A stretch of DNA of 64,000 nt from Terriglobales bacterium (GTDB taxonomy: Bacteria; Acidobacteriota; Terriglobia; Terriglobales; Acidobacteriaceae), in NCBI GenBank assembly GCA_963792225.1, contig CAWBVM010000011.1, positions 37,406 through 101,405 on the forward strand. The letters run 5' to 3'. The notes under the pieces were generated by a model that saw only the letters and a list, made by a program, of their open reading frames with translations, was not told the DNA's origin and ran no database searches. How positions within the stretch are numbered: position 1 is the stretch's first letter; each line of letters opens with the position of its first letter. The position numbers were made by a program, and so were the translations under genes. Below are positions 37,714-47,873 of the stretch, one piece after another.

Positions 37714-40260
37714 GTGAAGAGCGAAGACATTCTCAAACACATCGAGCGCCTGCCCGGGCAATCCGCGGGCTACAAACAGCTACTTCGGGAACTCGGGATA
37801 CGCGGAAGCAATGAGCGCAGGGCCCTTGCAGAGAAGCTCCATACGCTAGTTAAGCAGCGGCGCCTGCTGGAGATCGAACGCGATCGATTTACACTTCCGA
37901 ATGCCGCTGCGCAACGCCAAAATCTCGTCAGCGGTCGGCTCTCCATGCATCGCGACGGCTACGGATTCGTTCAACCGGACGATCCAGCTCTTCGCGAGAA
38001 GATCAGTGGCGACATCTACATCGCGCCGAATACGATACAAAACGCCATGCACGGCGATCGCGTGCTCGTGGAAGTCGGTCCTATTCGTCCGGATGGGCGT
38101 GCTGAAGGAAGGGTCGTTCGAGTCGCCGAACGGCGCCATGTTTTCGTCGTCGGGAAATTTCACCGCGGACGAGATCACAACTTCGTCGAGCCTATGGACG
38201 AAAAGATCGGCCGTGCCATCATCATCCCTCCCGGCGCGGAAGAGCCGCCCAGCGAGTGGAGATCACGCTACGGCAAGAGTACGGCGCATCGCGTTATTGG
38301 TGACGAAGCACGTCCGCGCGACTATCCTTCCCTTGAGAATGTCGTGGTTAACGTCGAGATCACCGACTTCCCGACTGCCGCCAACAATCCCAGAGGGCGA
38401 GTCGTTGAGGTTCTCGGGTATGAAGACGACTTCGGCGTAGATGTCGAGATCATTATCCGCAAGCACCATCTTCCGCACGTCTTTCCGGAGGAGGTCCTCG
38501 AAGAAGCTCGTGAACTAGCTGGAGATGAGACAGCCTTCCGCAGTGAAGCGGAGAAACGCAAAGACTTCCGCAATTTGCCGATCGTCACCATCGACGGAGA
38601 GACCGCTCGCGACTTTGATGACGCTGTCATGGTCCGCCGAAAGGATGACGGCAACTACGAGCTGCACGTACATATTGCCGACGTCGCAGAGTATGTCACT
38701 ACCTACACCGCTCTCGACGAAGAGGCGAAGCTGCGCGGCAACTCCGTGTATTTCCCTGATCGTGCCGTCCCCATGCTGCCGCTGGAACTGTCCACCGACT
38801 TGTGCAGCTTGCGTCCGCAAGTGGATCGGCTTGTCATGAGTTGCATTATGGAACTCGATCACAATGGCGAGATTCTCGGATACCAATTGTACGAAGGCGT
38901 GATCCGCTCGGCCGCACGCATGACCTATAACAAAGTGCAGAACATTCTGGATGGAGACGCGGAATCACGCAGCGAATACTCGGCCCTCGTTCCAGAGTTT
39001 GAACGTATGCAGGAACTCGCACTCATCCTAAATCGCAAACGGCAGAAGCGCGGCGCGATTGATTTCGATCTTCCCGAACCGGTGATCGACTTTGATGAGC
39101 AGGGACTTATGCAGGGCGTGACCCGCTCCGAGCGCAAATTCGCGCATCGTCTCATCGAAGAGTTCATGCTCGCTGCGAATGAATGCGTCGCCGAGTACCT
39201 CGAAAATCACAACATCGCGTCGATCTATCGCATTCACGAGAAGCCAGACCCGAAGAAAGTGTATGAATTTGAGCTGCTCGCAGCCAGCTTTGGATATTCG
39301 CTGGGCGTCGGCGCCCTCCCTGTGAAGAAGATCAACATGCGGGCCGAACGCCGCGACAATCAGCGCCGTGGACGGGGCAGACAGGCGAACACGGTAGAGC
39401 TTCCGCAGGAAGTCCACGTAACGCCGCGCATGTACCAAAAGCTCACGGAAAAGATTGCAGGCAAGCCAGAGGAGCAGATCCTTTCATACCTGATGCTTCG
39501 CTCACTCAAGCAAGCCCGCTATGCGGAGCACAACGAAGGTCACTTCGCGCTTGCCGCTCCGACCTACACACACTTCACATCTCCCATTCGCCGCTATCCC
39601 GACCTCATCATCCATAGGCTCCTGAAAGCTGTACTCCGCGGCGAGGTATCCAAGCCCGATAAGGGAGATGGTGCGGAAGCCGTAGAACGCTCACCATGGT
39701 CGAAGCGCAATAACAAAGAAAGAGACCAACGCCCTCAGAGGAAACTGATCGAGGTTATCCCTGAAGATGAGCTGCGGGAGATCTCAGATCATTCGAGCGA
39801 AACTGAGCGCGCCGCCGATGCTGCTGAACGCGAACTGATGGAGTGGAAGAAAGCGAAGTACATGGTGCAGCACATTGGCACCGACTACGACGGACTGATA
39901 GTTTCCATTACAAAGTTTGGCATGTTCGTCGAACTCATGGACCTCTTCGTCGAGGGCCTCGTTCCGCTTGCCACCATGCAGCATGACCGCTTTGCCTTCC
40001 ACGAGAACACGCGTCAAGTCGTCGGCGAGCGCTGGGGCAAGATTTACTCCATCGGCGACCGTGTGCGCGTTATCGTCGATCGTGTGGACATGATCGGACA
40101 CAAGATCAACTTCTCGCTCATCGAAGAAGTCGAGCTAGTGAAGAGAGGTCCAGCTAAGAAGCAGCGGAAGAAAAGTGATCGTCCCGAGGCGATTGCCAGT
40201 CGCACGAGCAAGAAACAGCGCCGTGAGCGAAAGTCACGCAATAACAAAAGAAGAAAGTAA
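37714..40260 (+). CDS. rnr: Ribonuclease R
   Basis: 848 aa. Cold-shock-like N-terminal domains, RNB catalytic core (TIDGETARDFDDAV, FTSPIRRYPD), S1 domain, and a Lys/Arg-rich tail. Confidence 0.95.
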   Translation: MKSEDILKHIERLPGQSAGYKQLLRELGIRGSNERRALAEKLHTLVKQRRLLEIERDRFTLPNAAAQRQNLVSGRLSMHRDGYGFVQPDDPALREKISGDIYIAPNTIQNAMHGDRVLVEVGPIRPDGRAEGRVVRVAERRHVFVVGKFHRGRDHNFVEPMDEKIGRAIIIPPGAEEPPSEWRSRYGKSTAHRVIGDEARPRDYPSLENVVVNVEITDFPTAANNPRGRVVEVLGYEDDFGVDVEIIIRKHHLPHVFPEEVLEEARELAGDETAFRSEAEKRKDFRNLPIVTIDGETARDFDDAVMVRRKDDGNYELHVHIADVAEYVTTYTALDEEAKLRGNSVYFPDRAVPMLPLELSTDLCSLRPQVDRLVMSCIMELDHNGEILGYQLYEGVIRSAARMTYNKVQNILDGDAESRSEYSALVPEFERMQELALILNRKRQKRGAIDFDLPEPVIDFDEQGLMQGVTRSERKFAHRLIEEFMLAANECVAEYLENHNIASIYRIHEKPDPKKVYEFELLAASFGYSLGVGALPVKKINMRAERRDNQRRGRGRQANTVELPQEVHVTPRMYQKLTEKIAGKPEEQILSYLMLRSLKQARYAEHNEGHFALAAPTYTHFTSPIRRYPDLIIHRLLKAVLRGEVSKPDKGDGAEAVERSPWSKRNNKERDQRPQRKLIEVIPEDELREISDHSSETERAADAAERELMEWKKAKYMVQHIGTDYDGLIVSITKFGMFVELMDLFVEGLVPLATMQHDRFAFHENTRQVVGERWGKIYSIGDRVRVIVDRVDMIGHKINFSLIEEVELVKRGPAKKQRKKSDRPEAIASRTSKKQRRERKSRNNKRRK

Positions 40261-40286
40261 GCCGCATCCGGTGAGCTAGCAGCGAG

Positions 40287-40664
40287 CTACTCGTAATACC
40301 GCGCGGTAGTTACGTCAGTCTCGTAGAGAAGTACGTCTTTCACTGTCACGCGCCCCGAAGTCATGTCGGAAAGCTGTTTGTTTGTCTCGTCGTAAAAATA
40401 CTTGGCGAGGTTCTCCGCCGACGGATTGATCACAGTGAATGGTTCAAGGTCATTGATCATCTGATGATCGAGGTACTCGATGACCGGACGCATCACGCTC
40501 TTCAGATCTTTGAAATCAAGCAGCAGTCCCGCTGCGTCGAGCTTCTGGCCCTGCAGCGTGACCCGGACCTTGTAGTTGTGTCCGTGCGGGTTCTCACATT
40601 TGCCGCGATAGTTGCGGAGGTAATGGCCAGATGAAAAGCTGGCATCCACTGTCACTTCGTACAT
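40287..40664 (-). CDS. queD: 6-carboxy-5,6,7,8-tetrahydropterin synthase
   Basis: FSSGHYLRNYRGKCENPHGHNYKV. 125 aa, PTPS/QueD family. Confidence 0.9.
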   Translation of the reverse strand: MYEVTVDASFSSGHYLRNYRGKCENPHGHNYKVRVTLQGQKLDAAGLLLDFKDLKSVMRPVIEYLDHQMINDLEPFTVINPSAENLAKYFYDETNKQLSDMTSGRVTVKDVLLYETDVTTARYYE

Positions 40665-40710
40665 GTTTTCCTGTTTCGAGGCAATGGCCTCTACTCAATT
40701 CTAGCGGGTT

Positions 40711-41349
40711 TCATCGTGTGCGCGCGACCTTGGCTCTCTCGCGGGGATCGGCGGAGGTGAGGACTGCCGAAATGAGTCCACTGACTGCAAGTGTAAAGAC
40801 AGCGACAGTGATGGCGTGTGTCGCGAAACTGCCTCGGTAGGTCAACGCGAAGAAGAGCAGCGACGCCGCACCTAAGCCTGCCGCGATACTCACGAACTTT
40901 GCAGCCCAAGCCCAATATCTGACTATTACCATTCCGATGAGCGTCGTCGCCATCGAGGCGGCAAGTTTTGCAGCCAGGGAGTCTGCCCGACCCCAATCCA
41001 TATAGAGAAGCCCGAATAGCGATGCCGAGCATGCCATCCAGAATAGTGTCCTTGTTCGGAATACAAATGCGAGATCGTCCGCACCGGAGAGCGCCACCAC
41101 CGCGGCTGGGCTGCAAGTCGCGACGATAATGATCATCGACCGGAAGAAAGACTCGGAAGCGTGGGCCGCCAGCGTGTCACGCGAATACAGAACTGTGAAG
41201 ATCAGCAGGGCATAGCTGCATGCAGCGGTGACACGCGCTACTCCACGGATGACGACAAGCTGTTCCACAGCGACATCATAGGCAAAAAGAGGCATTTGCA
41301 AAAAAAGGGCCGCGAAAGCGACCCCTTTATCCGAATCGACACCTGGCAA
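40711..41349 (-). CDS. Hypothetical polytopic membrane protein (about 6 TM)
   Basis: Hydrophobic segments throughout and no recognised family. An alternative start at 41295 (MPLFAYD) is possible. Confidence 0.55.
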   Translation of the reverse strand: MPGVDSDKGVAFAALFLQMPLFAYDVAVEQLVVIRGVARVTAACSYALLIFTVLYSRDTLAAHASESFFRSMIIIVATCSPAAVVALSGADDLAFVFRTRTLFWMACSASLFGLLYMDWGRADSLAAKLAASMATTLIGMVIVRYWAWAAKFVSIAAGLGAASLLFFALTYRGSFATHAITVAVFTLAVSGLISAVLTSADPRERAKVARTR

Positions 41350-41374
41350 AACCCAAGGTCAGCGCTTAGCACTG

Positions 41375-41590
41375 CTACTTGTGTGTGTGCGCCATGTGCA
41401 CGATACCTTGCGCCCACCGGAAATATTTGTTCTCCGCCATATCACGGATTGTCCTGATCTTGAAGGCTTTCTCGAGCATCTCTGCATCGCCCTTTGAAAC
41501 GCCCTGCAGCGCGTCCACTGGCGCGTCAGCAAGTTGCTCAAAGGACATCTGCTCAAACGCCTTATCCACGTGCTTTGAAATATCGGCCAT
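41375..41590 (-). CDS. Small (71 aa) conserved-looking helical hypothetical protein
   Basis: MADISKHVDKAFEQMSFEQLADAPVDALQGVSKGDAEMLEKAFKIRTIRDMAENKYF. AGGAA-type purine-rich region upstream. Confidence 0.55.
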   Translation of the reverse strand: MADISKHVDKAFEQMSFEQLADAPVDALQGVSKGDAEMLEKAFKIRTIRDMAENKYFRWAQGIVHMAHTHK

Positions 41591-41693
41591 CTGTCGTTCC
41601 TCCGCTTCCTGAAAATACCCCGCGCGTCTTGACAGAAACGCGCGGGGTAGAAGAGACCCTTATGACGTCAGGGACTCGCTGCTCTTAAGGCAA

Positions 41694-42344
41694 TTATTGA
41701 GGTAGCCGTTTCCTGGAACTCGGTGTCGCACGATAAGAACGCAGTGCTACACCGTTGTCCAAGCGGAACTTCAATACCGTTTCCGCCGGGATGCTTAGCT
41801 CCTTGCCTCGCGTTAACACCTGTGCACCGCCTCCGGCAGCAGCTCCTGCGAGTGCACCGATGGCAGCGCCCTTGCCGCCTCCAGCGAGCGCACCGATCAA
41901 CGTGCCGGCGAGCGCGCCCCCACCGACGTATTCTCCGGTCCGCTTATTGACTCCGAGACCACCGCGCTTGGTGCTGCCGGCGGCACTCATCGCCTGACTC
42001 TGCATTTTGTAACGCTGACCATTCACGGTCACAGAGTCCAGATCGAGTGAAAGACTTCCGGTCTTTCCGCTGCTGTCTTGCACCGGAACAACGCGCAACT
42101 GTGCCCGCGATCCCTTCGGAATCGCCAGCGACCCGTTCTTGTCCAGCACATCATTTGCAATCGTTCCGGAGTAGGTCTCTCCAGCTCTGCCAGTGTCCTT
42201 GACACTGATGGATTGATCTGTGCGTACCTGGATCTCAGTTCCTGCCGATACATACGCTTTGGCTCGAGCAGCTCCTGTCTGAGCTGCCAGACTGCCGCCA
42301 AGCAGCGCTACTGTACAGACCGTAAGTACTTGTCGAATTAGCAT
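41694..42344 (-). CDS. Secreted protein with C-terminal glycine-zipper segment
   Basis: Signal peptide, beta-rich region, then GGGALAGTLIGALAGGGKGAAIGALAGAAAGGG. Confidence 0.7.
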   Translation of the reverse strand: MLIRQVLTVCTVALLGGSLAAQTGAARAKAYVSAGTEIQVRTDQSISVKDTGRAGETYSGTIANDVLDKNGSLAIPKGSRAQLRVVPVQDSSGKTGSLSLDLDSVTVNGQRYKMQSQAMSAAGSTKRGGLGVNKRTGEYVGGGALAGTLIGALAGGGKGAAIGALAGAAAGGGAQVLTRGKELSIPAETVLKFRLDNGVALRSYRATPSSRKRLPQ

Positions 42345-42372
42345 GAAGCCCTCCCTGTAACGTTCTTTTTTG

Positions 42373-42912
42373 TCACTGACTCTTCTTTTCGTTCTTAGCC
42401 GGCCTGTATCCAGCTTTCGTCGCGTCGGCCTCGCTCATATATTGGCCATGCTTAGTCTTTCCGTACCAGCGTTCTCCTTCACGGTGGTAAATCTTGCTGT
42501 CAAGATTGACCCATACCTTTCCGTTGCCGGGGGTACCTTGATCGGCCTTTGCCGGAGCAGTGGGCGCTGCGGAAGACGCGCTAGATGGAGCACTGCTCGC
42601 GCTCCCCGAGCTGCTCGCTGATTCGTTTGCAGCATCGGCCTTCTTCGCGCCTCTGCTCTTCTTTGTGGTGGATGCCGATGTACTGGCGGAGGTTCCCTGG
42701 TCAGAGCTCGCCGCAGCTGGCTGCGCAGTAGAGCCATCGGCTTGTTTAGCGGCGGCGGCTTCCGCCTTCTTCTGCTTCCGGCTCTTCTTGACCGGAGCAC
42801 TTTGCTGTGAGGTGGATTGGTCTGCCCCGGCGCTCTGTGGGGTCTGCGCCGGTAAGGCAGAGACCACCAACACCACGGCTGCAAGCATTAACAAGATCTT
42901 CCGTATCAACAT
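42373..42912 (-). CDS. Secreted Ala/Ser/Lys-rich low-complexity protein with a conserved C-terminal W/Y/K motif
   Basis: Signal peptide. C-terminus GKVWVNLDSKIYHREGERWYGKTKHGQYMSEADATKAGYRPA. Confidence 0.6.
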   Translation of the reverse strand: MLIRKILLMLAAVVLVVSALPAQTPQSAGADQSTSQQSAPVKKSRKQKKAEAAAAKQADGSTAQPAAASSDQGTSASTSASTTKKSRGAKKADAANESASSSGSASSAPSSASSAAPTAPAKADQGTPGNGKVWVNLDSKIYHREGERWYGKTKHGQYMSEADATKAGYRPAKNEKKSQ

Positions 42913-42975
42913 TCAACTCTCCCAAAATTTGAAATCACGGCTACAGACGAGTGGCGCGTGAAGTCATTCCTCCGA

Positions 42976-43263
42976 TTACGCCGCTCCCTTCTCGATATCG
43001 TCAGAACTGTCTGCATCAACATCATCGACATCATCGGCACTCGAACCGACTGCATCGCCTTCGCTGGTAGAGGCGACGGCCATGGGGACTTCCGAATCCT
43101 GCTGCGTGTCGTCCCTGTCAGAGGACGCGACCGTCTCCGATGAGGCACTTTGCGTGTCACCACTCTTCCCCGCAAATTTTTCCTGCAGGGCGTCACTCGC
43201 TTTCTTCAATAAATCATCTTTGGTGCTTTCAGGTATCTGACTCGTCAGTTTTCCAAAATCCAT
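42976..43263 (-). CDS. Small acidic hypothetical protein (95 aa)
   Basis: The ATG at 43263 gives MDFGKLTSQIPESTKDDLLKKASDALQEKF, followed by an Asp/Ser-rich tail. Confidence 0.45.
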   Translation of the reverse strand: MDFGKLTSQIPESTKDDLLKKASDALQEKFAGKSGDTQSASSETVASSDRDDTQQDSEVPMAVASTSEGDAVGSSADDVDDVDADSSDDIEKGAA

Positions 43264-43416
43264 CGTGGATCCTTTCTGAACACGAAATGTGCCGTCCATT
43301 AAACGCCTATTGTGAGAAGCACACCTGTTCCTGCGCAAAAAAAAGTTATGAATGCACCGGAGTCAGGGCAACAACAAAGCATTCACGAACATTCACTGTG
43401 CGGATCGTGCTAGAAA

Positions 43417-45474
43417 CTAGCGATCCTGATTGTCTTTAGGATCCAGGGAAGAGACTGCATGAAAGAACGCCTGCACTTGTTCCAGGTCGGTTGCCCGTTT
43501 ATACGCAGGCAGGCTGTCGAAGAACACCTTGCCGTAATACTGGCGCAGGATTCGGTTATCGAGAAGCACCAGCAACCCCCGATCATCGAGCGAGCGGATC
43601 AAGCGTCCAAACCCCTGCTTGAGCGTGATCACCGCGCTCGGAACCTGGTATTCCATGAACGGATTGTGGTTCTCTGAGCGGAGCGCGTTAATCCTCGCTT
43701 CGACGACAGGATCTCCCGGGACTGCGAACGGAAGTCGATCGATGATCACGCAGCTGAGTTGTTCTCCTTGAACATCCACGCCCTGCCAAAAAGACGAGGT
43801 CGCGAAGAGCACAGAATTCTCAGTCTCGCGGAACTGCTCGAGCAGTGCACTCTTGGGCGCGCTTCCCTGAAGAAAGATCTCGTAGGGAACTTCGCCCAAC
43901 AAGCGCTCATACATTTGCTGCATCTGTGAGTAGCTGGTGAAGAGGCAGAACGCCCGTCCCCGGGTAATGTTGAGAATGTCGCGCACGCGCTCGGTTGCGC
44001 GCTCCAGATATTCAGGTGAGCGCGGATCGGGCATGTCGGGGGGAACGTACAAGAGCGCCTGATTGGGAAAATCGAAATGGGAGGCGACAACCGTCTCTCT
44101 CGCGTTCTCGATCCCGAGCCGCCCGCGCACGTATTCCAGGGTGTTTGAGACAGCCATGGTCGCTGAGGTGAGGACCACCGAATCGAAGCGCGAAAACAGC
44201 GTCTGCCGCAGAATTCCGGAGACATCGATCGGCGTCGCCTGCAGGAAAATATTGTAGCGGACTGCATGTTTACCGCGCATCGTGCGCCGCTCGATCCAGA
44301 AGACGGTATTCGGGTCCTGGTTCTCCATGCAGAATTCGAGCGCTACCGCGAGTTCGTGCATGCGCCGCAGAAATGCCATCGCTTCATCGGGCTTCTCCGG
44401 AAGTGTTTCGAGCTCCGCCGCTGTCCGCCTGATCGCGATTGTAAGACTAAGGTAGTGTTCTCCGTGTGTTTCGAGGAAACGGTCGCGGAAGCGGAACGCA
44501 GATCTTCCCTCGCCGGGCGGAAGCGAAGCGAAGAAGCGCGCTGAATTGTCACGCAGACTTGCCAGCGATTGGATAAGGCTCGCCGTAACAGCCCGCTTCG
44601 CCGTAAGCGTGTTCTGGATGTCACGGCAGATCTCTTCCACGCGAAGATTGCTGACTGTCACGCCAAAGTAGCTTCCTGCAACATCTTCCAGTTCGTGCGC
44701 TTCGTCGAAGATGACCGCGGAAACCTCCGGAAGAATGCCGGCATCCGGTGCCGCGTCTTCAGTCGCTGCTTTGATTGCCAGGTCTGCAAAGAACAGGTGG
44801 TGGTTGACGATTACAAGATCGCTTTCCATCGCCTTGCGGCGCATCTCGGTGATAAAGCAGCGCTCCCACTGCGGACACTTCTGGCCGGTGCAATTGTCTG
44901 CCCGTGCATCAATCTTGTGCCAGAGCTGCGATGCTTCTGGGAGAAAGGCGAGTTCCGCACGGTCCCCGGTCTCGGTCGTCTTCTCCCATTCCGTAATTTT
45001 CTCGTACTGCCGCACCTCATCCAGCTCGGACAAGACAGGTTGTTCTGCCAACGTGTAGAGTTTCTGCCGGCAAAGATAGTTAGCGCGTCCCTTCATGTAG
45101 GCGACCTTAAGCACGCGCTCACCGGGAGCTGAACCGAACAACGCATCTTCGAGCAACGGGATGTCTTTATAGAAGAGTTGTTCCTGCAAGTTCTTCGTGC
45201 CCGTTGACACGATCACCCGTCGGCCGCTGCGCAGCGCTGGAAGTAGATATGCCAGCGTCTTGCCGGTTCCCGTGCCCGCTTCGACGATCAAGTGTCTGCG
45301 TTCGATGAGGGCCTTCTCGACCGCCTGCGCCATCTCCAGTTGGCCACGTCTGAACTCAAATTGCGGGAAGCGCTGCGACAGTACTCCGCCGGGTGCAAAG
45401 AACTGGTGCAGCGTCGGAAAAGACACTGGCTCTTGCGTGGCGTGCGCTTGCGCACTTTGAGGAGAAGAAGACAC
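43417..45474 (-). CDS. dinG: ATP-dependent DNA helicase, DinG/XPD (DEAD_2) family, no exonuclease domain
   Basis: GTGTGKT Walker A, DEAH box (IFDEAHELED), and C-terminal helicase motifs (FATSSFWQGVD, GFGRLIRS). The GTG at 45474 is chosen because the longer ORF would overlap der; the start is uncertain. Confidence 0.85.
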   Translation of the reverse strand: MSSSPQSAQAHATQEPVSFPTLHQFFAPGGVLSQRFPQFEFRRGQLEMAQAVEKALIERRHLIVEAGTGTGKTLAYLLPALRSGRRVIVSTGTKNLQEQLFYKDIPLLEDALFGSAPGERVLKVAYMKGRANYLCRQKLYTLAEQPVLSELDEVRQYEKITEWEKTTETGDRAELAFLPEASQLWHKIDARADNCTGQKCPQWERCFITEMRRKAMESDLVIVNHHLFFADLAIKAATEDAAPDAGILPEVSAVIFDEAHELEDVAGSYFGVTVSNLRVEEICRDIQNTLTAKRAVTASLIQSLASLRDNSARFFASLPPGEGRSAFRFRDRFLETHGEHYLSLTIAIRRTAAELETLPEKPDEAMAFLRRMHELAVALEFCMENQDPNTVFWIERRTMRGKHAVRYNIFLQATPIDVSGILRQTLFSRFDSVVLTSATMAVSNTLEYVRGRLGIENARETVVASHFDFPNQALLYVPPDMPDPRSPEYLERATERVRDILNITRGRAFCLFTSYSQMQQMYERLLGEVPYEIFLQGSAPKSALLEQFRETENSVLFATSSFWQGVDVQGEQLSCVIIDRLPFAVPGDPVVEARINALRSENHNPFMEYQVPSAVITLKQGFGRLIRSLDDRGLLVLLDNRILRQYYGKVFFDSLPAYKRATDLEQVQAFFHAVSSLDPKDNQDR

Positions 45475-45514
45475 GGCGGGACTCTCTCTATAATAGCTAT
45501 GAGCCCCGAATATA

Positions 45515-46960
45515 TTGCCGAGAAACGAATACAGCACGCAAGAAACATCCCTGCCGACGCTAGTCATCGTCGGACGCCCTAATGTGGGCAAATCCACCTT
45601 CTTCAACCGCCTCATCGGATCAAGGCGTTCGATCGTCGGCGACGAGCCCGGCATCACCCGCGACCGCATCTACGGAACTTTCGACTGGAACGGACGCAGA
45701 CTGCGCGTCATCGATACTGGCGGCATCATTCCCGAGGACAAGGAGCTCATCCCGACAGAGATCTTCCGTCAGGCCCGCGTGGCGCTCGAAGAAGCCGCCG
45801 CTATCGTCATGGTCGTGGACGGGCGAAGCGAGATTGCTGCCCCTGACATGGAACTCGCGCGTCTCATGCGTCGTTTGAATAAACCGTTGTTTCTCGCCGT
45901 AAATAAGATCGATTCCGCGAAGCTCGACGCGCAGGCTGAAAACTTTCGACAGCTCGGATTGCCGGAGCTCTATGCCATCTCAGCTGAAAACGGCAGTGGA
46001 ATCGGGGATCTGCTCGATGCCGTGCTCGACATCGTTCCGTCGGCCGAGCCGGTCACCGGCAAGAGTACCGATTATCTTGGGGAACCCGCGGAGGAAGAAG
46101 ATCCAGCCGATGATCGAAATAAAGAGACGCGCGTTGCGATCATAGGCCGCCCCAACGTTGGCAAGTCCACCCTGTTGAACGCGCTCACGAACACCCAACG
46201 CGCGATCGTGTCACCGGTGGCGGGAACGACTCGCGACGCGGTGGACGAGATGGTCGAGCGCGATGGAAATCAGTATCGCCTCATTGATACGGCTGGGATC
46301 CGTCGCAAGGGCAAGACGCACCTCATGGCTGAAAAGCTAAGCGTGATCATGGCCCGCAAACATCTCGAGTCGGCGGATGTAGCGTTGCTTGTGATCGACG
46401 CGATAGAGGGCGTCACCGCCTCCGACGCTACCATCGGCGGCTATGCGCACGAAAGTGGGCGCTCCGTCATCATCGTAATCAACAAGTGGGACGCGGTCGG
46501 CCCCGACCGCACCGACGGACTTCGCCCTGCAGACCGCACCATCTTCGAAGAACAGGTGCGGTACGCTCTCAAATATCTTGAGTATGCCCCCATGGTGTTC
46601 ATCTCTGCATCGCAGGGAAAAAATATCGTTGATCTTTTCAACCAGCTCGCACTGGTCTCACGTGAGCGCCGCAAGCGCGTCACCACAGGCGAGATGAACC
46701 GGTTTCTCGAGACCGTTGATTTCGAACGCACGAGCGTGCCCGCCAACCGCAGGTTGCGCATCAAGTACATGACGCAGGCGCAGGTTTCTCCGCCCACCTT
46801 TATTCTGTTCACCGACCGTGACGTGCCACTCCATTTTTCGTATCAGCGTTTTCTGGAAAACCAGATTCGCAAGGCGTTTGGATTTGTGGGCACTCCGATC
46901 TGGATCAAGAACCGCGCCGGTGGCAAGAAGGACGAAGAAGGTTACTCCCGGAAGAGCTGA
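45515..46960 (+). CDS. der: Ribosome biogenesis GTPase Der (EngA)
   Basis: Two G domains, each with GRPNVGKST, plus a KH-like C-terminus. TTG start. Confidence 0.93.
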   Translation: MPRNEYSTQETSLPTLVIVGRPNVGKSTFFNRLIGSRRSIVGDEPGITRDRIYGTFDWNGRRLRVIDTGGIIPEDKELIPTEIFRQARVALEEAAAIVMVVDGRSEIAAPDMELARLMRRLNKPLFLAVNKIDSAKLDAQAENFRQLGLPELYAISAENGSGIGDLLDAVLDIVPSAEPVTGKSTDYLGEPAEEEDPADDRNKETRVAIIGRPNVGKSTLLNALTNTQRAIVSPVAGTTRDAVDEMVERDGNQYRLIDTAGIRRKGKTHLMAEKLSVIMARKHLESADVALLVIDAIEGVTASDATIGGYAHESGRSVIIVINKWDAVGPDRTDGLRPADRTIFEEQVRYALKYLEYAPMVFISASQGKNIVDLFNQLALVSRERRKRVTTGEMNRFLETVDFERTSVPANRRLRIKYMTQAQVSPPTFILFTDRDVPLHFSYQRFLENQIRKAFGFVGTPIWIKNRAGGKKDEEGYSRKS

Positions 46961-46974
46961 TATTCTTTCGCGTT

Positions 46975-47820
46975 ATGCATTCGTTAAAACTCGGCAAGCT
47001 GGAACTGACGATCATCTCGGACGGAAGCTACTACCTCGACGCGGGCTCGATGTTTGGCGTCGTGCCTAAGATATTGTGGTCGAAGAAATATCAACCAGAC
47101 ACACTCAACCGCATGTTATGTGGAACGAACGGGGTCCTCGTGCGAGGCGGTGACAAGACGGTCTTGATCGAGACCGGTATCGGTAACAAACTTCCTGAAA
47201 AGCTCGACCGGATCTACGATGCGAAACATACGTTACTGACCAACCTTGAGTCAGCTGGCGTACGGCCTGATGAGGTGGATATCGTCATCAACTCCCACCT
47301 GCACTTCGATCATTGCGGTTGGAATACTTTTCGAGGCGCTGAAGGTAAAGTCGAAACCACATTCGCGAACGCAACCTATTATGCGCAGCGCGGAGAGTGG
47401 GAGCATGCACAGCAGCAGCATGAGCGCGATCGAGTCTCATACATCGGCGACAATTACAATCCATTGATCGATTCAGGACAGATGAGACTGCTCGACGGGA
47501 GTGCCGAAATTTGTAACGGCATCCGCGTCGAGATATATCCCGGACACACGCGATGGATGCAGGCGATCTACGTCGAGAGCGAAGGACAGACAGCGTGTTA
47601 CATCTCTGATCTGATACCGACATCACGCCATCTCGAACTCACCTGGGTCATGTCCTACGACGTATTCCCGCTCGATACCATCGACAGCCGTAAGCGCTAC
47701 TATCGAGAGGCGGTAAACACTGACTCGGACCCTCATCGGTTCTTGACCATCTTCACCCATGACCACGAGAAGCCCTGGGCGTGGCTGCGGAAAAACGAAA
47801 ACGGACACATCGTCGCTTAA
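46975..47820 (+). CDS. MBL-fold metallo-hydrolase
   Basis: INSHLHFDHCGWN (HxHxDH) and downstream His/Asp ligands. Confidence 0.85.
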   Translation: MHSLKLGKLELTIISDGSYYLDAGSMFGVVPKILWSKKYQPDTLNRMLCGTNGVLVRGGDKTVLIETGIGNKLPEKLDRIYDAKHTLLTNLESAGVRPDEVDIVINSHLHFDHCGWNTFRGAEGKVETTFANATYYAQRGEWEHAQQQHERDRVSYIGDNYNPLIDSGQMRLLDGSAEICNGIRVEIYPGHTRWMQAIYVESEGQTACYISDLIPTSRHLELTWVMSYDVFPLDTIDSRKRYYREAVNTDSDPHRFLTIFTHDHEKPWAWLRKNENGHIVA

Positions 47821-47823
47821 CGC

Positions 47824-47860
47824 AAAAAAAAGAGGTGCAGCTTGTGGCTGCACCTCTTTC
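47824..47860. terminator. Bidirectional rho-independent terminator
   Basis: aaaaaaaa-agaggtgcagc-ttgtg-gctgcacctct-ttc. 11-bp perfect stem flanked by an A-run and a T-run between convergent genes. Confidence 0.75.
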
Positions 47861-47873
47861 GTAAAAAGCTTGC

